Shown here piece by piece: positions 40,587 through 50,493 of a stretch of DNA of 64,000 nucleotides. The DNA comes from a virus (Duplodnaviria; Caudoviricetes). The stretch spans positions 18,210 to 82,209 of IMG/VR virus record IMGVR_UViG_3300035396_000186; one strand, written 5' to 3'. Below the pieces are notes generated by a model. The model made no database searches. It saw only the letters and a list, made by a program, of their open reading frames with translations, and was not told the DNA's origin. Within the stretch, counting starts at the first letter, position 1. Each line of letters begins with the position of its first letter. Position numbers and translations under genes: made by a program.

Positions 40587-41694
40587 ACATATATTCTATA
40601 TATCTAACAGTCTCAGGATCAGTTACCTTTTTATTAGCAACTAGATCGACTAATACTTCTTCTAATTTCCGAACTCTCTTTTCCATTTTAACTAATTCTA
40701 CTTCTAGATACTCGTGAGGACTAATTGCTTTATAACATTTATCATGAAAACAAACATGACATAAAAATAATTGTAGACCTTTATACTTTTCACCAAGAAC
40801 GTAATTCTTACCACAGATATTACATTGTTTAATGATCGGTTCTTCAAAAAAGTCCTTAATCCTTTTACTTATCGCCATGACGTTTTAACCTCATCCTCAT
40901 CTTAGCAGCCTCTTTAACACAGTCTGGACATTTATGACCTACCCATTGCTTTCCGTTCTCGTCTATCCATCGTTTGTTTTTAGAAGGGAACTTACCTTTC
41001 AATAGTCGGGTCTTCTTATTGCCACAAACTTTACATACAACTATAGATGATTCTACTATGGTTTCATTTTGTTTGCAAGAATCTTTCATAAAATCTACCA
41101 CTCACTATCATCTTTATGAGATCGCTCTATATACTGAATCTCATTTTCATACCAGATATTATTATCATACAACTTATTAGTTTTAGAAGATGCAAATATA
41201 CTCTTCATAAAATTAAACAGTCCTAGTTTATTCTTACCTACAGGTATATTAACAAGTCCCTTATCTTCGTTTAAAATTTTATCTTCCATACTACCCTTCG
41301 ATTCTTACGAATCTGATTTTACTTTCATTAAGATACTTAGTTAGTATTAAATCTTTATCTTGATCGACATAGATACTAAGACTAACTTCGTACATTCGTA
41401 TATCAAATCTCCAATTTAAAAGAGTCATAAGTTCAAATAATCTTTTATGATCAATTTTGGGAATAAGAAATTCGATCATGTCTAATCCTCAAAATCATCT
41501 ATACTATCTTGGTCTTCATCATCTTTATCTAGGATTTGAATACTGTTAACGCAATCAGGATGAAACCCAACGCCTAATAGGAACTCCTGGAATCTCTTAA
41601 CTACATCATCCATAAAGTCAGCTTTGAATGTCATCTTCATAACTCTTCCACTGTACTTGTCGACATATATTAATTTATAGTAACTCTTGTCCAT
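40564..41694 (-). other. Cluster of small hypothetical CDS (40564..40878, 40865..41101, 41095..41289, 41291..41479, 41482..41694); first two Cys-rich
   Basis: Co-oriented overlapping ORFs; CNIC/CHVC and CKVC/CPDC motifs. Confidence 0.5.
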
Positions 41695-41702
41695 AAGTAC
41701 TC

Positions 41703-42380
41703 CTATTCAACCTTATCGATTAAACCTAGTTTAAGTGCATCATTAGCTTTTAATACTGTATCAACTTTAAGAAGACCACGTATGATATCTTTCTTATCTT
41801 TAGCTTTCATTCTACAAGTATAAATCTTTTCCATTGTCTTCATAACTCGTATATCATCTTTAACCCAGTTATAGTTAGATTCGGAAGTTCCCTGTAACCA
41901 TCTGTAGATACCATGAATCATCATCGTACAATTCTGTGACATAATCCGTATATCACCAGCTTGCATGATTAGAGATGCTCCTGACATTACTGCACCATAT
42001 GCCTTAATAATAATCGGACATGGACATTCTCTCAATAAATCATATATAGCCAAAGATGAATACACATCTCCACCAAAATTGTTTATGATTATGAAGATAG
42101 GTGCTTTTCTGTTTACGTATACTAGATAGTTAACTCTACTAGCAAACTCTCCGAATGTTTCTTGAGATATCTGCTCACTGGAAGAAAATATAATCATTCT
42201 GGTCGCTATGAAAAAATCGTCACCAAATGGAACGAGTTCATGCGCTTCAGCTTTTGCTTCAATATTTTTACATTCTTCCTTTTTGTTATCCTCGGTGGAT
42301 GGCGTTTGACTTTTCTGCTGACTATGCTTCTCATGTTTTTTATCTCCCTTAATTTTTCCAAATCCCATTTTGAACCCCAA
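41703..42380 (-). CDS. ClpP-like serine protease
   Basis: IINNFGGDVYSSLAIYD, AVMSGASLI (Ser), MMIHG (His), ALKLGLIDKV. Confidence 0.8.
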   Translation of the reverse strand: MGFKMGFGKIKGDKKHEKHSQQKSQTPSTEDNKKEECKNIEAKAEAHELVPFGDDFFIATRMIIFSSSEQISQETFGEFASRVNYLVYVNRKAPIFIIINNFGGDVYSSLAIYDLLRECPCPIIIKAYGAVMSGASLIMQAGDIRIMSQNCTMMIHGIYRWLQGTSESNYNWVKDDIRVMKTMEKIYTCRMKAKDKKDIIRGLLKVDTVLKANDALKLGLIDKVE

Positions 42381-42644
42381 CTTCCAAATTGTTTCTATTA
42401 GTTTCTACGATATAAGTTGTTAAGTTTCTATAGTGTATAATAACTAGATTACCATCATAATAACAAAAAAATGATACAATGACGAATATCTCTTTACAAT
42501 GGTAATTTTTATAAGTTTACTACAAAACTAGCTATAAATCTCTGTGTAATGTGAATCATATTTCATCGTGTTAACTATATGAAATTAGAATCTAAATAAA
42601 CCATTATAGAAAAACCCTCTATAAGGTACTTATATATGTACATA

Positions 42645-42728
42645 TAGATGTACTTCTATATACAATAGATGTACATCTATTCGTATTAGATGTACTACTA
42701 TTACGAGTAGATGTATATCTATTACTAT
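42645..42728. repeat. Four 21-bp-phased palindromic repeats (putative ori iterons)
   Basis: TAGATGTA(C/T) at 42645, 42666, 42687, 42708; unit 2 contains perfect palindrome ATAGATGTACATCTAT. Confidence 0.75.
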
Positions 42729-42906
42729 ATTAGTATATTAATATGTACTAGTATAAATAGTAATACTCTAGTACGTTTTAAACGTACATACAACAAATGA
42801 ATTTTCTGTATTCTTCTCACCTAGGCGTAGGATGCGCCTCTCTACCTGTACATATTACCGTACACCAGAGCGTACACTACGACCTCACGATGTACTTTCT
42901 CCAACG

Positions 42907-43470
42907 TTAAGATCGTAGTTTTACTTTGACGTAGTCTCGTTCTTTCAGAAAGTACTCTTTAGTTTCTCTATTGTTCGCATATACTATCCACGGATACTCA
43001 CCACTATAATAATCAACAATGAAACTCTTTGCATCGGCAATTTGACCAAACACTCCTACGACATATTTGTTCTGTCTATTTGCACCGACTAAATAAACAA
43101 ATACTAGAACCTTACGTCCTACGTCTAATATTCTCATCTTCGGTGTCAAATTTATGCTTCGCTGTTCAGATAGTATTTTATATTCTTTTTGTTTATACTG
43201 ATCTATTACATAACGATATTGAACTAATCTTGAAAGTCTATCTGATACAGAAGTAAATAATACTAATTTAATATCTTCTAGTTTAATATTGAAATCGTTG
43301 ATACTAAACTCACATGCCTCTATTTCGCACAGAATACGCCCTAGAATCAATTTAGTTTGATTACTGTGTAGAATGTACACCCTATTAGGATTAGTCAATT
43401 CTAGGGCTATTACAGAAGCTGTGGGAAGGCTCTTAATTTGTAACAGGATATCGGAATAGTCAGTATTCAT
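42907..43470 (-). CDS. Hypothetical protein, possibly GIY-YIG-like fold
   Basis: 187-aa ORF with its own TAACAACT motif upstream; RVYILHS weakly nuclease-like. Confidence 0.45.
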   Translation of the reverse strand: MNTDYSDILLQIKSLPTASVIALELTNPNRVYILHSNQTKLILGRILCEIEACEFSINDFNIKLEDIKLVLFTSVSDRLSRLVQYRYVIDQYKQKEYKILSEQRSINLTPKMRILDVGRKVLVFVYLVGANRQNKYVVGVFGQIADAKSFIVDYYSGEYPWIVYANNRETKEYFLKERDYVKVKLRS

Positions 43471-43670
43471 GTTTCTATACTCCGTAGGTTATCACAATTT
43501 GCTATAACCTCAATACTATAAATAGAAATACTTTAAGTTTCTATAAGAAGTTGTTACTTAATATTACAATATAAGATCGGGAAAATCAAGCGTATGTATG
43601 TAACCGAATTTGTTAGGAAGTAAAATTATGTTTCTATAGTTAGAATTTACTAAAAATTGTGCTAGCTAAG

Positions 43671-43822
43671 CCTACACCACACCAACCACCAAGCCTACCC
43701 TACCCCCCCTACCTACGTCCTGCCATCCCCATGCCATAGACCTAGCCTCAACCCATAGCCTATACCCTAGCCCATGCCTCATCATGCTGATACTACAGGC
43801 ATACCCATAGACTATACCCTAA
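43671..43822. repeat. C-rich/G-poor tract with imperfect direct repeats
   Basis: CCTACC/CCCATAG units; CCCATAG(C/A)CTATACCCTA at 43752 and 43804. Confidence 0.7.
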
Positions 43823-43912
43823 GCATATACTATTTAGATTATAATACTATAAGCTATTATTGTTTATAGATATACTAAACGTTTTATATACTAGACTATA
43901 TGTTATTGCTAA

Positions 43913-43974
43913 TTGCATAATGCAATATTCTTGCATGAAGGAATTGCAGATTGCAAGATAATTGCACCGTGCAA
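43913..43974. promoter_or_regulatory. Three TTGCA-N3-TGCAA inverted-repeat boxes
   Basis: 43913-43925, 43944-43956, 43962-43974. Confidence 0.55.
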
Positions 43975-44167
43975 TAGTGGATTTGAGGTGAGGGATAAGT
44001 GTTGTTGACCACATCTTTATCCATTCTTTTTATTTATATCCTATTTAGTCTTATCCCATTTGGGATCAGTATATTTTATTTATATATTGATTGTTATATA
44101 AACGTATTATACGACACTAAACTTGTTATAACTTGTATTCCTGCTCAACATATTGTACACTGTCAGT

Positions 44168-44692
44168 ATGATTATATTCCTACTATCTCTACTAATTTCG
44201 TTTAGCTACTCCGCAGATCAACTTGAGTTATCATATTCGTTTCTAAGTTATCATGTTCCTAATAACCCCACAGACTCACACAAGTACTCCAACAAGCTCG
44301 GCAATGGTCAAGCCATAACTAATCCACTCTTAGGACTAAGACGTACCAGAACTAGTAAGAACGGCTCATATGAGGCGTTAACTGTGTTCTCTGGTTCTAA
44401 CAGCGTTGGTACTAATATGTCAGGACTTGTATACTCTACAGGTGAGTTCATCGATTCTAACTGGTACATTGGTTTTGTAGTTGGTGGCTATACTCAATCT
44501 CGTAGTGAGTTCAGACACAGAGGTATTGAGACTATGGGAGTTGGGATCACTCACGATCAAGAGATTCAACCCATTGTTGGGGCAGAAGTAGGCTACAAGT
44601 ATGATATCAATTCTAAGTGGTTTATTAGACAGAACAATGTTATAACCCCATTTATAACTAATCATAGTCTGTCCATAGGGTTCTCGTTCTGA
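44168..44692 (+). CDS. Outer-membrane beta-barrel protein, PagP-like
   Basis: Signal peptide, alternating beta-strands, F-SNSVG and GFVVGGY motifs, terminal Phe. Confidence 0.55.
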   Translation: MIIFLLSLLISFSYSADQLELSYSFLSYHVPNNPTDSHKYSNKLGNGQAITNPLLGLRRTRTSKNGSYEALTVFSGSNSVGTNMSGLVYSTGEFIDSNWYIGFVVGGYTQSRSEFRHRGIETMGVGITHDQEIQPIVGAEVGYKYDINSKWFIRQNNVITPFITNHSLSIGFSF

Positions 44693-44837
44693 TTGACTAG
44701 AGCTGCGCAGTTTGTCACTGATTTAGTATCTCTTTGCTACCAGTTTAGTGTCAATCTGATACCGATGTAGTCAGTATGATACCATCTAGTTTTTATTGAA
44801 CATCCCTGTTATTAAGTACATCCCATTTTCCTAGAGT

Positions 44838-44853
44838 TGGCATTAAGCTTGCA
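44838..44853 (+). promoter_or_regulatory. Sigma54 (-24/-12) promoter
   Basis: TGGCATTAAGCTTGCA: GG-N10-GC with TGGCA and TTGCA boxes. Confidence 0.7.
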
Positions 44854-45001
44854 ATGTATATTGTTAAGCAGGACGAAGCGAGCAGCTTCATGGAGAGTCG
44901 AAGGCGAGCTAGTAGAAGCTCAACGTCTTTAACTCTAAGTTCTAACCGGATAGCTCAAGGGTAACGCTATAGGGGATAACATCCCTACAATCAATCATAA
45001 C

Positions 45002-45073
45002 AAGACGAAATAAGGCGAGTACGTTTAAACGTAGTTGCCTTATAGTACGTTGATAACGTACCTGAAGAGTCTT
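45002..45073 (+). ncRNA. Type II hammerhead ribozyme
   Basis: AAGAC-GAAA-TAAGGC..GCCTTA-TA-GTACGTT(GAT)AACGTAC-CTGAAGA-GTCTT: complete core and stems I-III. Confidence 0.9.
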
Positions 45074-45091
45074 AATAACAAGGGAGTATAT

Positions 45092-45169
45092 ATGACATTT
45101 GAAATATTCTTTTACACAACTGCAATCCTATTAGTATTCAAGTCTATCATAATAACAATGAGCAGATAG
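45092..45169 (+). CDS. 25-aa hydrophobic peptide after ribozyme (not in ORF track)
   Basis: AGGGAG RBS; MTFEIFFYTTAILLVFKSIIITMSR. Confidence 0.45.
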   Translation: MTFEIFFYTTAILLVFKSIIITMSR

Positions 45170-45189
45170 TTTATAACTAAGAGGTATTT

Positions 45190-45375
45190 ATGTGGTATTG
45201 CACAGAACATTTCAATTTAAGAGTGAGACAACGTGGGTTCTGCAAACAAGATATACTTAGTACTCTTAGACATGGATACAAGGTTTTTATAGCCGATAGT
45301 GTCCATGTATGCTACAATGGAATCACTATTGTAGTTGATGGCAACAAACTAATAACTATTTATAGAGGTAATTAA
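45190..45375 (+). CDS. DUF4258-like small protein
   Basis: TEHFNLRVRQRGFCKQDI...LITIY pattern. Confidence 0.5.
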   Translation: MWYCTEHFNLRVRQRGFCKQDILSTLRHGYKVFIADSVHVCYNGITIVVDGNKLITIYRGN

Positions 45376-45394
45376 TTTAACAATAGGAGTATGT

Positions 45395-45655
45395 ATGAAG
45401 ACATTTATAGGCAAAGTATTATGGTTCGAAAAACTAAGTGGTGAGGGTCTTGTAGTTGATTCCAATGGTATTGACTATAGGATACATTTCACAGCTTGGG
45501 AGCCGACAAGAGGTATCTTGAATGAAACTAGGAATCATTCGTTTCCGTCGGATGGTATGTCAGATCTGTTTCCTATTAAGGGTCAGTCGATCGAATGTTC
45601 TCTATATGAATCATCGTACGCTGATCTAATTGACAGAGCATGGCCCATAAAATAG
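45395..45655 (+). CDS. Cold-shock-domain (OB-fold) protein
   Basis: GKVLWF...GEGLV...DYRIHFTA mirrors RNP1/RNP2 of Csp proteins. Confidence 0.6.
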   Translation: MKTFIGKVLWFEKLSGEGLVVDSNGIDYRIHFTAWEPTRGILNETRNHSFPSDGMSDLFPIKGQSIECSLYESSYADLIDRAWPIK

Positions 45656-46242
45656 AGGTGTATTATGGATGCATGGGATAAATACGATGATTATAAATTA
45701 GATACTCCATCGAGCTACGATGCAACTACATTCGAATGCGATCGCTGCAATGCGCAGTGTAGCATTGACGACTTGAATGAATCAAGTTGCGGTTCTCAAC
45801 ACTGCAACGAATGTTTTATTAAAGAGGGGATTGAATATGAATCTTAAAGTTGATATAAAATGGTGTGCTGATTACAATGCTTATTATAGCGTATCACTTA
45901 AAATACAGTATAGCACGATCGTCAATCAGTATGTGTATACATTGAATGATCGAGTTGAGTACTTAGAACCTGCAGCTGATCTCGAGCAGATTAAGGGGTT
46001 TTTAATAAAGCGCTATGGCAAAAAATTTCGTAGCTTTCAATTTTTATAAGGGAGTATTATATGTATGTTATCGATAAAACGACTAATAAAAAATGTATGA
46101 TCATAGAACGCAAAGACGACAAAGTCTTAGTGTGGTACGAATCAGGTGGCACTAAGTGGATCTCGTATACAAGAGATGTAGAGTTTATCCGAAAATAAGC
46201 TTATTATAAAGAATATAAAAATAAGGTTAAGTGAGGTAGAAA

Positions 46243-46524
46243 ATGGTACGAATTTTTAAAAAATATGCCAATCGCAAAATTTATGATACATTCGAGAGTC
46301 AATACATCACTCTATGTGATCTTAGAGAGATTGTTAAGTCAGGTCAAGATGTCAAGGTGATCACCCATGAAGAGGGTATTGACGTCACATACAACACGAT
46401 GGTTCAAGTATTCCATGAACTCGCAAATAACATAACAGATTTTAGTGCCTTTAAAACTAATAATGGATATGAGATTGACAATGCATTAACTAATAAGATC
46501 ATCAATCTAATTAAAACGTTCTAA
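46243..46524 (+). CDS. PhaR/PHB-accumulation regulator N-terminal DNA-binding domain protein
   Basis: RIFKKYANRKIYDTFESQYITLCDLREIVKSGQDVKV...DVT matches the IKKYxNRRLYDT...YITL..I..LV..G..F.V motif. Confidence 0.8.
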   Translation: MVRIFKKYANRKIYDTFESQYITLCDLREIVKSGQDVKVITHEEGIDVTYNTMVQVFHELANNITDFSAFKTNNGYEIDNALTNKIINLIKTF

Positions 46525-49500
46525 AATAAAGAGGTTTTTATATGGACAAAATAGTAGATGAAAAAACTGCATTTGCGAAATGGCTAAAACAATCTACACA
46601 TGGAGATATAGATAAAGCTGCCGAGTTGATGAGGGGAATGTTACTTGACAGTCCATCGGCAGAATTAATATGGGATTACTTAAAGAAGACAAACGATAAG
46701 CAATATAATTATAATACATTTGTAAAAGCTGCTAAGTTAGCTTTAAAGGGTGGTGTAAAATGAGATCATATATAATTGAATCTAATAACGTTGTTTTAGA
46801 ATACTCAAAAACATTAGCTTATGCAAAAAAACGTTCAATATATTTTCACAATCGAGGATTCAATTATATTAAAATCACCTGTCTAAATGGAGATTATTTC
46901 GGAGAAGGGTTTCATAAGTATGAACTTTTTCTTATCCGTGGAATAGATAAATTAAAATGGAAAAAACGAGTTTAGGAGGTATTATGGTTATTCAATTTAA
47001 TGGAATATACTTGAAACTCCTACTTGAAACTGAAGACCAGTTTTTAATTGTAGAGGTAGACAAAAGGACTCACAAGTTTATAGGTTCTCCAGTGTACGTT
47101 CTAAAAACAACACTAAGATCAGTTAACCCATTTTTTTAGGAGTATATATGCAATTAGAAAAACTGTTCTGGGAGTCCTTAAAATTCGATATAAACGATGG
47201 TTACTGTTTAAGTGAGATACTTAATAAGTATACAACTGATTGCAAAAAACTAAAAATAGGTTCTAAAAAATGGTTCATAGCTTATGTTGCAGCTATGATT
47301 CAATATAAATAGGGGGATGTATGAAAATAACTAAAAAATATGTAGAGGCAGTTTTTGAACGATTCTTAGGTAACATCGGTGGCAGGAAAGCATCTAGTTA
47401 CAACGATACCGGAGCATTCCAATTAGACTATAAACCAATATTCGGATATCGAATTGAGAAAATTGATAACTCATTGGGCGGTATTAGTACACCTTTCGGA
47501 GACAGAAAAAAACCTCTAGAGTTTACCGAATCACTCCATGTTGCTATGGATGCAATACGATACTTAAAAAAACAAAAATAGGAGATTATAATGGAAAATA
47601 AAATAAAGAAGATACTAGATCTAAAAGAAGAATATGATTTATGTTTTTGTATTGGACTAGCGCCTAATCCTAAAAAAATTACGTTTAAAGGTTCTTGTAT
47701 GGATGCATGCGAATATAAGCAATTGCATAAACTAATCAATGAACTAAATGAGGATGAAGAGAAAGAACTAAAACAAAGATTGTTTGGGAGGATTTAATGG
47801 AATATTATTTAATTATAGGGTATACCGGAGAGTATGACGAGTATATCGAATGGTCATACGGCGTCTATGAAGATGTTCAAAAAGCTTCTGAAGACTGCAA
47901 AAATATGAATATAAAACTGACACAATTCAATTTACATACGTCGTCAATGCATCGCAAATTACAACCTGAATATGCCATTTTAGATGCATTCGAGGAACAG
48001 ACAGACGATAATGATTTTGACTACAACGGTTTAACTGGCAGTGCATACGAAATTAGAATTGTAAAAAAGAGGGGTTAAATATGAAGTATGTAATTAAACC
48101 AACCATCAAAAATATATGTTTTCTTATAAAACGTGGACTCTTTAGTGACGACCCCGATTGGTTTTTTAAATTACATGAATCGTTAATTGACAAAAAAGTA
48201 CAATTCGAGATTGTTGACGATGGCACTAAAGATTTCAGTGATCGATTAAAATTTGTAGAAAAAATTTGGCTAAAAAAGCGAGGTTAAATATGAATTGGAT
48301 ACAATGTGTAAACTACTTAGTGACACAATTACAAATGGACTTAAGAGATGCGCAAAATCTTACACAAGATGTATGCATCTACGAAAAACCTATAATGTTT
48401 TACGATGGTATTAAATTACATTATAAAAACGATAAGTTTTATGTAGTATTTAGTAAATAAAAAGGGGATAATATGAAAACATATGTAGTCGAAAGAAAGA
48501 ATTTTTCTGGTCATGATGTTATTGAATATTGTACTCGTCTTTCTGAAGCTAAAAGATTTCTTGTTAGGGCTCGAGATGGAAAAGGGCTTTCTATCCTATG
48601 TATTTCAGGTCCTTGTTTTGGAGAAGGGTTTCATAAGTATAGATTAATTATTGTATGTAATATAAATGGGTTTAAGTTTAAACGAATTACATCAAATCTT
48701 GATGCTTATTAAAATTGAGGTATAAAATGAAAATAGTAGTAAAACAAATAAACTTATTTAACAAAAAGTTAACTCCCGAGTTACAAGAAATTATGGTCCG
48801 CTATGGCGAGGCAATCTGCAACTCCGATGTAGTATTCCAAGACAAAAGATTAGTTAACTTCAGTCTTGTACGCAAAGTTTTAAATAGTCATAAAATAGAT
48901 TTTACAACCGAATATGAATGCGATAAATAAAAAGGAGATATAAATGAGTAATCCCATTTACGATTCACTTTTTGATGAACTCAATACTAATGTTATTGAA
49001 TATATATTTGAATCAGATAGAGAATATTCCGATTTTATAGAACATTATGGAAGGGTACCTATTAGTCATTCGAATATGATACATATTTGGGCGAAATCTG
49101 TACTAGTAATGCGAGGACTAGGGTACGATGTCGATTACCCAATTGAACATAATTTAGACATTGAACTAATAAAAAAATAAAAGGAGCATAACATGAAAAC
49201 AATTATTAAAAAGTTTAAAGATCATTTTATTTTACTTTATAAAGATAAATTTAATAACCTCTACGACTCAATGATGAAGTTTAAAACTAAAGCCGAAGCT
49301 AAGGAATTCGATAAAAAACATCCATTCAATAAAAAAATACTAAATAGTAAATAGGAGTATAATATGAATAAGGCATGGTATCTTAATTTTTACGGTATTC
49401 CAAAAAAACATAGAAAATTTAAGTTTATCACAGTTCCTATAGTGAATGAATACGGTCAATCTGAAGTCGAGATTATCCGTTTATCTAAAATAATACTCGA

Positions 49501-50157
49501 TATGGTTTCAATAGATTATCGAAAATTGCAGAATATTACTGCAACTCTACATAAAACATCTAGTGTCGGCCAAGGTGACTCCGAAATAATAAGTAAAACT
49601 TTATTATCTGAAAAGTCAATTAAAATTGAGGTATAAAATGGAAGATAAAGTAATTATGTTCGGCTTAAAACATTGGTTAAAGATATTCACATTATCAGTA
49701 ATTGCATATATGGCTCTTGGTTGGGATTACTACATGGAGCTGTTCTATTTACTAATTATTATATACTGCCTATTAGGAATTATTAAAGTAATTAAAGCGT
49801 GAGGTAATTTATGATATTAGAAAAATGTATCAAGCATTGGTTCATTTCATATTCAATTCTTATAGCTCTGTATATGATTATCTTCGGCGATATGATAGTA
49901 TTCTACTCGTATCTATTTGTAATATTTATGATAGCAATAAATAAAATATTTAAATTAGGAGCATAAAATGAAAATAGCAACAATCACATCAATGATCTAC
50001 GACGATGTAGATACTTGTAAAATAGAATTTATCATGAACGGTCGATTATACAGCACACCTCTTGTAAATGATCTACAAGGGGCGTACACAACCGGAGATC
50101 ATATTATAGTTGAAGATACTGCCGATGGTACATCTATAAAACCAATGAGGAGATACT

Positions 50158-50493
50158 ATGATATTAAAAAATGAAACTACATTTAATGATAAATGTATTC
50201 ATGATATGCTAAAGTTTGCTAAAGTAAAAACTGAATTAGTAAAAAAGCTAAGAGTTGTTGAAGTTAAAAATGAAATACTAAATCAAGAGGGAATTCCAGT
50301 GCATGGTATGTGTTATCATACTCAAGATGGACAATATGATGTGTTTATGCTAAATGATGATGAGCTATTAGAAACAATGCTTCATGAATTTGTACATATA
50401 AAACAGTTCTCTGAATTATCGGATGAAAAATGTAGTAAAACGTATATTACTGAAAAACAAGCAAGAAAGGCAGAATTAAGATTAAGGAGGTAA
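50158..50493 (+). CDS. HExxH zinc metallopeptidase-like protein
   Basis: ETMLHEFVHIKQF...E. Confidence 0.6.
   Translation: MILKNETTFNDKCIHDMLKFAKVKTELVKKLRVVEVKNEILNQEGIPVHGMCYHTQDGQYDVFMLNDDELLETMLHEFVHIKQFSELSDEKCSKTYITEKQARKAELRLRR

Noticed and set aside
42645-42728. CRISPR array
   Set aside because: Units are contiguous 21-mers with no spacer-length unique sequence and no cas genes; the PD-(D/E)XK gene is in a recombination context.
44864-44995. Second ribozyme (twister, pistol, hatchet) or CsrB-like sponge
   Set aside because: Conserved cores not found; only about four GGA trinucleotides, mostly not in ANGGA loops.
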